Below are positions 24,021 through 36,530 of a stretch of 64,000 bases of DNA, one piece after another. Numbering within the stretch: position 1 is the first letter of the stretch; every line of letters begins with the position of its first letter. The translations under genes and the position numbers were made by a program. The DNA comes from Malacoraja senta (taxonomy: Eukaryota). The notes under the pieces are model-generated. The model worked only from the letters and a program-made list of their open reading frames with translations. It did not search any database and had not been told where the DNA came from. The DNA lies in the NCBI GenBank assembly GCA_038087875.1, contig CM075989.1, positions 2,604,001-2,668,000 on the forward strand, read 5' to 3'.

Positions 24021-25578
24021 CAGTGGCTTGCAAAAGTATTCATACCCCTTGAACTTTTCCACATTTTGTCACGTTACAACCACAAACGTAAATGTATTTT
24101 ATTGGGATTTTATGTGATAGACCAACACAAAGTGATACATGGTTTTCAAATTTTTTTACAAATAAAAAACTGAAAAGTGTCGCGTGCAAAAGTATTCAGC
24201 CCCCTTTATTCTGATACCCCTAAATAAAATCCAGTGCAACCAATTGCCTTCAGAAGTCACCTAATTAGTAAATGGAGTCCACTTGTGTGTAATCTAATCT
24301 CAGTATAAATACAGCTGTTCTGTGAAGGCCTCAGAGGTTTGTTAGAGAACATTAGTGAACAAACAGCATCACGAAGCCCAAGGAACACACCAGACAGGTC
24401 AGGGATAATGTTGTGGAGAAGTTTAAAGCAGGGTTAGGTTATAAACAAATATCCCAAGCTTTGAACATCTCACAGAGCACTGTTCAATCCATCATCCGAA
24501 AATGGAAAGAGTATGGCACAACTGCAAACCTACCAAGACATGGCCGTCCACCTAAACTGACAGGCCGGGCAAGGAGAGCATTGATCAGAGAAGCAGCCAA
24601 GAGGCCCATGGTAACTGTGGAGGAGCTGCAGAGATCCACAGCTCAGGTGGGAGAATCTGTCCTCAGAACAACTATTAGTTGTGCACTCCACAAATCGGGC
24701 CTTTATGGAAGAGTGGCAAGAAGAAAGCCATTGTTGAAAAAAAGCCATAAGAAGTCCCCGTTTGCAGTTTGCCACAAGCCATGTGGGGGCACAGCAAACA
24801 TATGGAGGAAGGTGCTCTGGTCAGATGAGACCAAATTGAAGTTTTTGGCCTAAATGCAAAACGCTATGTGTGGCGGAAAACTAACACTGCACATCACCCT
24901 GAACACACCATCCCCACTGTGAAACATGGTGGTGGCAGCATCATGCTGTGGGGATGCTTTTCTTCAGCAGGGACAGGAAGCTGGTCAAAGTTGATGGGAC
25001 GATGGATGGAGCCAAATACAGGGCAATCTTGGAAGAAAACCTGTTAGAGTCTGCAAAAGACTTGAGACTGGGGCGGAGGTTCACCTTCCAGCAGGACAAC
25101 GACCCTAAACATGGAATGGTTTAGATCAAAGCATATTCATGTGTTAGAATGGCCCAGTCAAAGTCCAGACCTAAATCCAATTGAGAATCTCTGGCCAGAC
25201 TTGAAAATTGCTGTTTACAGACGCTCTCCATCCAATCTGACTGAGCTTGAGCTATTTTGCAAAGAAGAATGGGCAAAAATTTCAGTCTCTAGATGTGCAA
25301 AGCTGGTAGAGACATACGACTTGCAGCTGTAATTGCAGCGAAAGGTGGTTCTACAAAGTATTGACTCAGGGGGCTGAATACTTCTGTACGCGACACTTTT
25401 CAGTTTTTATTTGTAAAAAATTTGAAGCCATGTATCATTTTCCTTCCACTTCACAATTATGCACCACTTTGTGTTGGTCTATCACATAAAATCCCAATAA
25501 AATACATTTACGTTTGTGGTTGTAACGTGACAAAATGTGGAAAATTTCAAGGGGTATGAAAACTTTTGCAAGCCACTG
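24021..25578 (+). mobile_element. Tc1/mariner DNA transposon, full length, decayed
   Basis: TA TSD on both sides; about 200-bp TIRs starting cagtggcttgcaaaagt; internal transposase. Confidence 0.95.
24371..25364 (+). pseudogene. Tc1 DD34E-type transposase pseudogene
   Basis: HTH region GYKQISQALNISQSTVQSII, GRPPK, WSDET, QQDND, WPSQSPDLNPIENLW; start codon reads ACG; frameshifts and a small deletion. Confidence 0.9.
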
Positions 25579-26139
25579 TATACGCCTTTCATATATAATG
25601 GCCACTAATAGATACATTAAGGGATTCAGAAGATTCTGAATCACCCAATAAACTGGATACATTTGGACATCGCTGCCACAAAGAACACTTGTGGAGTTCG
25701 CACGTTCTCCCTGCAATCACGTGGGTTTCCTCCAGGTGTTCTAATTTCCGCCCACATCCCACAGATGTGCAGGTTTGTAGGTTAATTGGCCTCTGTGAAA
25801 TTTCCTCTTATGTGTAGGGAGTGGATGCTGAAGTGGGATAACATAGAACTAATGTGAATAGGTGATCGATAGTCAGCATGAACTCGGTGGGCCGAAGGGG
25901 CCTGTATCTCTAAACTCCAACACTAAACTGTGACTCAATGTCTCTGCTCACATGGCGCATCTTGAACGGCATAGACACGTAGGGACGGACGTATCAGTTT
26001 CTGTGCTATCTATACCTCTAGAGGCCATCGATTCATGGTGCAAGGGGCAATGTTTAATGGAGATGTGAGCGACAAGTTTTTTTGCGCAGAGTAATTGGTG
26101 CATGGAATGGAATGCCAGGGATGGGGGTGGTTGCACAGT

Positions 26140-26435
26140 CTCTTGTCCAGAGTGGAAGAATCAAGAACCAGGGAGAAAGATTTTATAGGAATCTGAGGGG
26201 TCACCTTTTCACACAAATGGTGGTGGGTTTATGGAACAAGCTGCTGGAGGAGGTAGTTGAGGCAGGGACTATCGCAACGTTTAAGAAGCAATTAGACAGG
26301 TATATGGATAAGACAGTTTTAGAGGGATATGGGCCAAACGCAGACCAGTGGGACTAATGTAGATGGGACATGTTGGTCGATGAGGGCAAGTTTGGCTAAA
26401 GGTGTTTCCAGGCTGTATGACTCCATGGCTCTATA
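26140..26435 (+). mobile_element. CR1 LINE 3' end
   Basis: LRGHLFTQMVVGLWNKL...EGYGPN and CR1 tail. Confidence 0.75.
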
Positions 26436-27409
26436 TGAGTCTGTGGCATGATGATAAATAAACCATTCAAACCATTGAAATCAGACTCCTGCTAAGAATA
26501 GGCAAGCAATTGGACTAATTGAGAATGCCCATGGTGCAGGGAACATCTGGACACAGTGAAGATTAACATCTGGGTTGGAAAGAGAGGAGGAATTGGTATC
26601 CATGATCCATCCCTCAAAATCATAAATACCTCAGGGTAAGGAGGAGAGAAACCAAGGGAAACATTCCCTCTCCCTTGACTCTCAGTCTTAAGGTCTCGAC
26701 CCAAAACGTCACCTATCCCTTTTCTCCAGGGATGATAGCTGACCCACTGAGTTACTCCAGCATTTTGTTTCTATCTTCGAAGAATAAAAACACTACCTTT
26801 ATCAAGAATGAAATGCGATTTACATCACTTTCAAATTAGAAATTTAATGCTATGCAGATTAAGAAATTAAAAATAAATTAACATTTTAGGGGGTTAACTG
26901 TTTTACAAAATTACATTTGAATTCATTTGAAGATTATTGAAAGTGGCTGCACTTTCTAATTCATCAGCAGAATCGACTGTGAACCGTGGTTGGAAGTGGC
27001 AGAACTGGTCAGTTCTCCCGAAGACCACACTGGTACAGACTCTCACGGTAAGATTCATCATCACATCCAAGAGACGAGGGCGAGATGTACTGTCCTAACA
27101 TTGTGTGTTTTCCACCTGTGTGTGATCAGATCATTCATGGCAATGGGATATCTACTCAGGGCTCATTTCATAGAAGTAATTTCAAAGTTTATTGGAACTT
27201 AATTGAAATCTTTACTCCACTGTGATCAGCCATTCTCATTGGTAACACTTTATTTAGATTAAAGGCGCACTGACTTTGGAACAACATTTACGGGTGGTTT
27301 CAACACTTAGACCACCTGAGGTGAACTTCTATATTCAATTATCAGCATTCTTTTCCCGTGGACACAATATAGTACGCTGCAGAATTAGTTGATGTGAATT
27401 AATTGTAAA

Positions 27410-27476
27410 TTTTACTTCGGAGTCACGTGAGTGACTACGTGAAGAGCCCGCCAGGGCGCATGCGCGACATATCTTC
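27410..27476 (+). repeat. DIRS left inverted terminal repeat
   Basis: ttttacttcggagtcacgtgagtgactacgtgaaga...gcgcatgcgcgacatatcttc; distal part is the reverse complement of 32704-32744. Confidence 0.9.
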
Positions 27477-27607
27477 TAGCGCATTGAGAGCGACAGGCGG
27501 GGAGGAGCGTTCCCCGCAGCGGTAAGCTGAAACCCGGAGACCAACAGGTAAGTTACTTACTCTGAGGTCGTTTTTCGGGTGTCTTTCTGTTCACAGGAAG
27601 ACCAACG

Positions 27608-29396
27608 ATGGACAGGACCCGTACCAAGTCCAAACGGGCCGCTAAAAGGCCTGTCTCACGAGTCTGCGGTCATTGGCGGCGAAACGGGAAGAATCTGCCA
27701 CCATAGACCGCGCACTCGTGAGAACGCACAATTCCGGGGCCGTGCGGCGGTGTTCCCAACACCACACGGTGCTAAAATAAAACCTACACTGTTGAAAAAT
27801 ATTTTCCTACCGCACAGCCTCCACCAGTGATGCACGAGTGCGGCACGGCCGCCCGCACGGGCCGCCGCCAGTGTGGCTCGAACGCCGTGCGTCAAACTTG
27901 TACTGCCACAGCCTCCGCCAGTGAGGCACGTGTGCGGCACGGCCGCAGGCACAGCCACCGCTACAGCGCCGCGATCAGGACGGCCGCCGCCACTGCCGCC
28001 GCTCGTGAGTCACGTGCGGCGGGCCGACGTCATCGCAGTCGGCCCGCCCTTTTTTTAACTTACCGCAAGCACGTGGGACCAGCCGTATTTGAATCACTCG
28101 GCCCCCGCGCAGCATCCGTGCGGCGCTCCCGTGGATAGGCTCGGCGCTCTCGCCGTTGCCGTGCGGTCCACTCTACAGGCGAAGCCGCGCTTCACCGCCG
28201 ATGACCGCAAACACGTAAGACAGAGCCTTTAGAAACTGGCTGAGGAGGACTGCGAGAGTACCGGGAGCCAGCAGCGGCCGACTGCAGCACCGCAATCTTT
28301 GCGATCAGCGGTCTCTGTCCCGGCACCTGTGCAGCCTGGGTCGCCACAGGCTGACAGGAACGCCAAAAGGAGGGACACGCTCATGGACTCCGATGTATCG
28401 GGCCATGACCAAACGGCGCCGGCAGACAGCGACAGTAGTCGCATTTCACGTCTGGAGCGGCTAGTGGAGCAATTGCTTCACCGTGACACACTCCGGGAGA
28501 AGGAGTCATGTCACTACGGGCCTCCTAGGACGCCCATGGCAGTACCTTTTTCAGGGCTGCACAATGTATCTCCCTCGACAGAGGGGAGCATTGGGAATCA
28601 TTTCTGGGCTGACCCCGAACAAGGGTTGGCTGAAGATACCTCAAGTGTGCTGGGGGTGCCAGAAGAGAAGATGCTGGGAATGGTGAAAAAGTTTACGGTG
28701 CCTCCACAGTCAGGGCAGCCGCTGAAACAACAACTAGCAGCCAGCATTGACTACCTATCAACCCATCAATTGCAGGAACAGGCGCTCAATAAAACCACTG
28801 CAAAATACCTGGCACCAGGGAACTGTATCACACTGAATGTCCCAGCAGTGAATCCCTCCATCTGGGGACATATTGGTGCAGGTGTAAGGGCACAGGAGGT
28901 ACAAATGCAGAAAATCCTCAAACTTCTAGCTTCGGGGATTACAGCATTTGCCCGGTCGGTGGATGACACGGCAATGACAGAGGCACAGCAAGATACGCTG
29001 GCGATGCTCTGCAATACACAGTTCGAGATCAACTGTTTCCGAAAGAACTCCATCCGCCCAGCCTTGAACCCCAAATTTGTGGCTCTGTGTAAGACCAACA
29101 CCACACCGCCGCCAATTTTGTTATTTGGGGGCAACCTGTCCAAACAGGTTAAAGACCTGGATGAAGAGGCAGAAGCCGCCGGGCTCATCAAGGCATCGGG
29201 GAAAATACCTCGGCGACAGCACCCCTACGCATCCACCAGCAGGCCACGTCACGTCGAAGCTGGTGAAAGCTCGAAGGCCGCAGCTCAAAGACAAAGGTCT
29301 TTTTTAGACCGCGGCCCAGAGCGACCTTCGTGGAAGATGCGCCAACCCCGAATTCCAGCACCTCAACCGGCCAAGAAACAGAAGAAAAAGAGATGA
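27608..29396 (+). pseudogene. gag: DIRS ORF1 (gag-like), interrupted by the MITE at 27646-28228
   Basis: 365-aa open frame 28299-29396 (LFGGNL motif, basic C-terminus) extends upstream to 28233; removing the MITE and one TSD joins it in frame to ATG 27608. Confidence 0.75.
27646..28228. mobile_element. PIF/Harbinger-type MITE nested in DIRS gag
   Basis: Imperfect ~40-bp TIR ctgtctcacgagtctgcggtcattggcggcgaa vs ctgtcttacgtgtttgcggtcatcggcggtgaa; flanks TAA / TTA. Confidence 0.75.
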
Positions 29397-31344
29397 ACAC
29401 CCCACTGGTAACCATGGAGGTAGGTGGGTCTGGTTCCTCCCAGGACTTAGCGGGTGCAATGGATACACTTGTTGGTGGTAGGTTACACTGGTTTAGAGAG
29501 GCATGGAGATCAATAACCTCTGATTCTTATATACTGCATAGTGTTCAAGGGTATGAAATTGAATTAGAAAACAAACGCCTTCCTCCGGTTCAGCATGCGC
29601 CCATCAGATCATTTATTCGATCACAACAAGAGAAGTTGGATGGTCATGCTGAAATTAAGAGGCTTTATACTAAGGGTGTAATTGAGAGATCTCAACATGA
29701 CTCTCGAGAATTTGTGTCAAACATTTTCACAAAAAAGAAAAAAGATGGTGGATGTCGCATCATTATTCATTTAAGACAATTGAACACATTTGTGCAGTAT
29801 ACTCACTTCAAAATGGAAATCTTTGTCACGGCCAAACAATTGATTTCCGAAGGCCCCATGGCATGCATCGATTTAAAAGATGCATACTGTTCGGTGCCTA
29901 TACACAAGGATCACCGCCGATATCTGAAGTTTAACGGGATGGGGCAGCTTTGGCAGTACAAAGCACTACCTAATGGATTGACCTCAGCCCCCAGACTATT
30001 CACCAAATTACTGAAACCAGCTCTGTCGTTTCTTCGGAAACAAAAACATATTATCATGGCGTATTTAGATGACATACTAATCGTGGGTAAAACCTACAAA
30101 TTAGCTAAATTAGCTGTTTCAGTTACCATAGGTCTATTTGAGAAACTGGGGTTTATCATATATCCAGATAAATCAAAGTTAACACCATCCACGACTATGG
30201 ACTATTTGGGATTCACCATTAATTCAGTTCACATGACTGTGACTTTACCTAAGGGAAAGGCAACTGAATTAATGGAAGTTTGCAGCAACCTTGCTGTCAT
30301 CAGTCAACCATCTATCAGACAAGTAGCAAGGGTAATTGGCAAAATCGTAGCTGCTTTTCCAGCGACACACTTTGGACCTTTGCACTATCAAAATTTACAG
30401 AGAGCAAAGGTGCATGCACTTAAACATCATGCTGGTCATTTCGATAGACCAATGCAATTACCAACAAAAGCTATTTTGGAACTGCGATGGTGGACACATA
30501 ACATTCGGCGTTTCTTCAGCTCCATTATTATTAGCAACCCGTCAGTTGTATTACAGACTGATGCCAGCGCTCAAGGTTGGGGTGCCACCAACACCATCTC
30601 CAGTTGTGGGGGCAGATGGGATGCGCATGAATCATCTTTGCTTTATACACTTGGTATAAATTATTTGGAAATGTTGGGAGCATTCTATGGTTTGAAGGCG
30701 TACTGTTAAAAAATGCATCATTTGCATGTTCGCCTGCAAATAGATATACCACTGCGGTGGCTTATATTAATCGCATGGGTGGAATCAGATCGATATCATG
30801 TGATGATCTGGCCAATTCAATCTGGCAATGATGTATTCGGAGAAACATTTGGATATCTGCTATTTACCTACCAGGTAAACTTAATTCAGTGGCAGACACC
30901 AGGTCACGGAAATTTAATGACAACACTGAATGGATGTTGGACCCCAAAGTGTTTGCAGACATCATAGCAAGATATGGAACACCAGATATCGATCTATTTG
31001 CATCTAGGCTTAACCACCAGTTGCCGACATATGTTGCGTGGGAACCAGACCCTGGGGCAGCAGCGATGGACGCATTTTCGCTGCACTGGGGAAATTTGTT
31101 TTTCTATGCATTTCCCCCCTTCTGCCTCATCAGTCGGGTCTTACGCAAAATACAACAAGACTCTGCGTCAGGTATTTTGGTAGTACCCGACTGTCCTACC
31201 CAGCCATGGTTCCCTGTGGTTCTCGACATGGTTTCAGAACCATGTATGGCCATCACTAAAAGACCAGATTTGATGGTCCATCCTGTAACTGGCGAAAGTC
31301 ATCCATGCCATGACAGGACTAATCTGTTAATTTGCAGAATTTAA
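29330..31344 (+). pseudogene. pol: DIRS ORF2: reverse transcriptase, RNase H and N6-adenine methyltransferase-like domain
   Basis: IDLKDAY, LPNGLTSAPRLFTK, YLDD, TDASAQGWGA, INYLEM, then DLFASRLN...YAFPPF; broken by stop at 30707-30709, a frameshift near 30745 and a further stop near 30830. Confidence 0.9.
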
Positions 31345-32315
31345 ACAGGCCACTTCTGGATTTTGGACTGACGGACCGAACCATCAACATGATCACGGCG
31401 GCACAAAGAGAGTCTACCAGGAAACAGTACCTGACTTACATCAGGAAATGGGAACGTTATTGTTCCAGGACTAATGTTGAGTATAACTCAGCCATTGTAA
31501 CTAATGTCCTGGAGTTCCTCTCTAACCTTCATTTCGATGAAAGGCTTAGATACAGTGCCATCAACAATGCCAGGAGTGCCCTATTGACCTATTTGTGGCG
31601 GGGATTCGACCACCATTCACTGGGATCTCACCCCTTGGTTTCCAAACTAATGAGGGGTATATTCAACTCGAATCTCCCTGGGGGCAGATACTCTCACATT
31701 TGGGATGTGAGTATTGTGTTGACGTTGCTTCGGGGTTGGTCACCAGCAACGTCCCTGTCCCTGGAGAAACTTACCCTTAAATTGGTAATGCTGATGGCAC
31801 TGGTCTCGGCCCAGCGGGTGCAATTGCTACACAAGTTATGACTGGACTCGATGGCCAAATGGACATATGATATAACATTTTATATTCATGAATTGGTAAA
31901 ACAAAACAGGCCAGGGTTATCCGGTCTTAAACTAGAGTTTCGGGCATACCCTACAGATGTTCGCTTATGCGTTATGACACATCTGTTACTTTACATTGAG
32001 CTAACAGCTAAAGTAAGAGGCCATGAATTGGCACTATTAGTGAGCCACAAAAGACCTCACAATAGGGTATCGGCCCAAACAATATCTAGGTGGCTTCGAC
32101 AGGTTTTGGGGGCAGCAGTGGTTGATACTGATATTTACAAATCTCATTCCACCAGGGCTGCAGCCACATCGACAGCACGGCACATGGAGGTTCCAATGGA
32201 TCACATCTTGGGTACGGCAGGATGGTCCAGGGAGAAGACCTTCCAAGAATTTTATAATAAGCCAGTTGCCAAGCCTGTGACTTTTGCAGAGACTATTTTG
32301 AGTTCTGTTTTATAA
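31332..32315 (+). pseudogene. DIRS ORF3: tyrosine recombinase
   Basis: N-terminal SAM-like region (STRKQYLTYIRKW), SAQR, HSTRAAATS, AGWS...TFQEFY catalytic motifs; one in-frame TGA at 31839-31841. Confidence 0.9.
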
Positions 32316-32488
32316 TACGCCCCGAAGGACAGGGGTCATTATTATAATTTGTGTTAATAGATCACTTATTGTTTCTTTTTAACAATTGATTCATGTCTGG
32401 ATTTGTTAACATACTTCCTCCTCAGTCTACGACAGCAGGGTGCGAAGCATGGACTCGTTCCATGGCATGAAATCACAGAGCTTTAAAA

Positions 32489-32601
32489 TCTTCACGTAGT
32501 CACTCACGTGACTCCGAAGTAAAATAGTAAGATTAAACGAGAACTTACCAGTTTGAAGTTTGATCTTTATTTTATGAGGAGTTACGTTGAGGGATTACGT
32601 G
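32489..32601 (+). repeat. DIRS internal complementary region (ICR)
   Basis: 32489-32524 is the reverse complement of 27410-27445; 32525-32601 is the reverse complement of 32739-32815. Confidence 0.9.
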
Positions 32602-32891
32602 CCCTCCACGCCCACCCTCTATTATAAAGGTCAGCTGGTATTCAAGTTCTTATCTTACTATGTTAATTCGACTACCGTATCTGTGATTTCACACCACTGC
32701 TTTGAAGATATGTCGCGCATGCGCCCTGGCAGGTTCTTCACGTAATCCCTCAACGTAACTCCTCATAAAATAAAGATCAAACTTCAAACTGGTAAGTTCT
32801 CATTTAATCTTACTATTAAATTGTGCTCTTTCTTAGGCTATGCATGGACAGATCTTATCTGGAGTAAACTGTGATACTTTAGCGATTTGTG

Positions 32892-33108
32892 TAAGAAGGA
32901 ACTGCAGATGCTGGTTTACACTGAAGATAGACACAAAATGCTGGAGTAACTCAGCGGGTCAGGCAGCATCTCTGGAGAGAAGGACATCTCGGGTCGAGAC
33001 CGAGTCCGATGGAGTGTGATGAAGGGTCTCGACCTGAAACGTCACCTATTCCTTTTCTCCAGAGATGCTGCTTGACCCACCGAGTTACTACCGCATTCTG
33101 CATCTACC
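32892..33108. mobile_element. Penelope-derived hairpin element
   Basis: aagaaggaactgcagatgctgg end plus inverted arms with gatgaagggtctcgacctgaaacgtc. Confidence 0.7.
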
Positions 33109-33931
33109 TCAGTGATTTAACTGCTATCAAAACTGTGGCAAAAATCAGACGTACCTCTCACTCATACACATCCAAACTGTGCACTGAACAGGCATTTACA
33201 ATTCCTATAGGAAGGTTAAGATCACACCTTTCACTCACTACTGACTGAATCTGGCCCTCCCGTATCAAGAAAAAGGACTATCACGAAACCAATGATTCAG
33301 ACCTGCCAATGAGACATGGATTAAAAGTGTCCATTCTGACATTGAGCATCCGCCCATCTCATTCACCATCGCTCAATATATTTGCACTTAGTTCATCGAC
33401 GTTTACAGCCTTTTCACCTCAGTGCAACAGACTGCCATCTCTACTTGTCCCACCCCGGTCATTCCTTCTTCTCACCACCCCCATCCAGCACAAGGTACAG
33501 AAGCTTGAAAGCGCGCCCCACCTGACTCAGGAACAGCTCCTTCTCCACTGGTAACAGACTTCTAAATCGTCTGATTCACCTCTACGCCATTGCGGACATT
33601 GGACTTTGTCAATTGAACTAATGCTCTACGATGCTGAGAACTATATTTTGCACTCAGTATCTTCCCATTTGCTCGATCTATTGTACTTGAGTTCGACTTG
33701 TTTGTAGTTGTGTGTGGTAAATCTGACGTGTTTGGATAGCATGCAAAACAAAGATTTCACTGTACCTCGGGACAAGTGACAATAATAAACCTAGTCTAAA
33801 CCTCACTGAGCAAGATAAAACACTCCTGGCATGAGACTCCCTAGAGACACTCACACACATCTTGCCCACTTGACCTCTATTACCTTTACACAGTAGGTCT
33901 GTAACTGTAATGGAGAGAGGACCTTGATCAT

Positions 33932-34250
33932 TTTAGTTTTCATTTAGAGATACAGCACGGAAACAAGCCCTTCAGCCCACCGAGTCCGCACCAACCAGTG
34001 ATCACTGCACATCAACACTAGCCTACACACACTAGGGACAATTTTACATTTATACTAAGCCAATTAACCTACATCCCTGTACATCTTTGGAGTGTGGTAG
34101 GAACCCGAAGATCCCGGAGAAAACCCACGCAGGTCATGGTGAGAACGTAAACTCCATACAGAGAGCACCCGTAGTCGGGATTGATCCCGGATCTCTGGTG
34201 CTGTAAGCGTTGTAAGGCAGCAACTCTACCGCTGCACCAGTGTGCCGCCC
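33932..34250 (-). mobile_element. HE1-type SINE
   Basis: Reverse-complement head, core and tail. Confidence 0.85.
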
Positions 34251-34614
34251 TTACATCTGACATCCTGCCTGCTCGTTAACATGGCAACAATGCAGCCATT
34301 GCAAGGTGTTCATGCAGATCCCTTTGTTCCATACAACTGGAAAATAGAAGAGCTTGCTATCCAAATATCTGTTATTTTTTTCCCTAACCTTATTTTGGAG
34401 GAAGTTGAACTTTGCATAACATTTCATTAATCTTTTTAAGTATGAACTCATTTTTTTTAATTTATGTGCATGGTAGAACACACCAACTATCAATGCTATA
34501 AGATTTTTCCTTCAGTTCCATCTGAAGGATACATTTTAAAATAGTGTCTTAGAGTCATACCGCATGGAAAATGGCCCTTCAGCCCAATTTGTCCATGATA
34601 ACCCAGATACCCGA

Positions 34615-35485
34615 GGCATAGTCATAGAGTGATACAGTGTGGAAACTGGCCCTTCGGCCCAACTTGCCCACACTGGCCAACTTGTCCCGGCTACACTAGT
34701 CCCACCTGCCTGCATTTCGTCCATATCCCTCCAAACCTGTCCTATCCATGTACATATCTAACTGTTTCTTAAATGTTGGGATAGTCCCTGTCTCCTCTCT
34801 CTTCTCTGGCAGCTTGTTCCATACACCCACCGCCCTTTGTGTAAAAATGTAACCCCTCAGATTCCTAATAAACCTTTTCCCCCTCACCTTAAACCTGTGT
34901 CCTCTGGTCCTCGATTCATCTACTCTGGGCAAGAGACACGAGACTCTGTGCATCTACCCAATCTATTCCTCTCGTGATTTTATACACCTCAATAAGATCA
35001 CCCCTCATCCTCCTGCACTCCAAGGAATAGAATCCCGGCCTAATCAACCTCTCCCTACAACTCAGACCCTCTAGTCCTGGCAACATCCTTATAAATCGTC
35101 TTTGAACCATTTCCAGCTTGACAACATATTTCCTATAAGATGGTGCCCAGAACTGAACACAATAGTCTAAATGCGGCCTCACCAACGTCTTATAAAACTG
35201 CAACATGACCTCCCAACTTCTACACTCAATACTGTGACTGATGAAGGCCAATGTGCCAAAAGCCTTTTTAACCAACCTATCTACCTGCGATTCCGACCTC
35301 AAGGAACCATGCACCTGCACTCCTAGATCCCTCTGTTCTACAACACTCCCCAGATGCCTACCATTCACTGTGTAGGCCCGGCCCATGTTGGACTTCCCAA
35401 AATGCAATACTTCACATTTTTCTATATTAAATTCCATCAACCATTCCTCAGCCCACCTGGCCAATCGATCCAGATCCTGCTGCAA
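34615..35485 (-). mobile_element. CR1 LINE 3' fragment
   Basis: QQDLDRLARWAEEWLMEFN..KCEVLHFG...DLGV...LVRPHLDYCVQFW. Confidence 0.9.
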
Positions 35486-35509
35486 CTTTTCACAACTAAT
35501 TTCTGCAAA

Positions 35510-35930
35510 TCCACCCTATTTGCCCATGTTTTGTTCATATCCCTCCAAGCCTTTCCTATCCACGTACCTGTACAAATGTCTTTGAAATGTTGTATTTGTA
35601 CCTATCTCAACTACCCCCCTGTCAGCTCGTTCCATATACCCACCACCCTCTATGTGGAAAAAGTTGTTCCTTGGCTTCCTATTAACTCTTTTCCCTCTCA
35701 ACTTAAACCTGCGTCCACATGCTCTCGATTCCCCTACCCTGGGAAAATGTGTACTCACTCTATCAATTCCCCTTCATGGTTTCCTACACTATAAGATCAC
35801 CCCTCAGCCTCCTGCGCTCCAAGGAATAAAGTCGCAACCTGCCCAACCTCACCCTATAGCTCAGCCCTCAAGTCCTGGCAACGTCCCAGTAAATCCTCTC
35901 TGAAGCTTTTACAACTTAATGGCATCTTTC
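35510..35930 (-). mobile_element. CR1 LINE fragment (older)
   Basis: FPRVGESRA.GRRFKLRG...LEGY. Confidence 0.7.
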
Positions 35931-36271
35931 ATCCAGCAAAGAAATGATCAGGTAAAGGATGGGAGTGAAGTATTACTGCAAAAGAGCAGATTAGATGTGC
36001 TTAAAAATATTAAGGTATTATTATTGATTAGAAATTTTAAATTAAAAAGAAAATGAATGGGCCAGAGAAAGACTAGCCAGCAGAATGAAAACTACTTCTA
36101 ATATTAATTTTCCATCAAAATGGGGCTAATTTTAGTACCTTAACTATCCCCAATATTTGAGAGGTATTACTGGTGCTACATCATTCCTCTTGTCCGCAGT
36201 ACGGGCTACGAACAGAGAGGACGGCCTCTCCCATGCAGCAACTGATGCAGGGAGTGTATGATAGTGCAGTG

Positions 36272-36530
36272 GGGCGGCACAGTGGCGCAGCGGTAGAGTT
36301 GCTGCCTCACAGCGCCAGAGACCAGGGTTTCGATCCTGACCACGGTGCTGTCTGTACAGAGTGTGTATGTTCTCCCTGTGACCGCGTGGGTTTTCTCCGG
36401 GTGCTCCGGTTTCCTCCCACGCTCCAAAGACGTACAGGTTTGTAGATTATTTAGCTTTCGTAAAATTACAAATGGTCCCCAGTGTGTGTAGGATAGTGTT
36501 AGTGTATGGGTGATTGCTGGTCGGTGTGGA
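36272..36530 (+). mobile_element. HE1-type SINE
   Basis: gggcggcacagtggcgcagcggtagagttgctgcc head and core. Confidence 0.85.

Larger units (their letters stand above)
27410..32815 (+). mobile_element. DIRS1-type tyrosine-recombinase retrotransposon, structurally complete, decayed
   Basis: Left ITR 27410-27476; right ITR 32704-32744 plus extension to 32815; ICR 32489-32601 complementary to both termini; gag, RT/RH/MT and YR ORFs in the canonical order. Confidence 0.95.

Noticed and set aside
26971..27049. Possible + strand micro-exon (cagcag|...cacg|gtaaga)
   Set aside because: Weak acceptor, unrecognised peptide in both open frames, no partner exons; needs RNA-seq.
28766..29191. Antisense ORFs over DIRS gag and CR1/Rex1 RT regions
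   Set aside because: Shadow frames of the real coding strand with no independent motifs.
31332..32315. Phage or bacterial integrase suggesting contamination or prophage
   Set aside because: It is the YR ORF of a DIRS retrotransposon, bounded by ITR/ICR and embedded in vertebrate repeats.
36272..36345. tRNA gene-like A/B boxes
   Set aside because: Head of an HE1-type SINE continuing into SINE core; same for all similar heads in the window.
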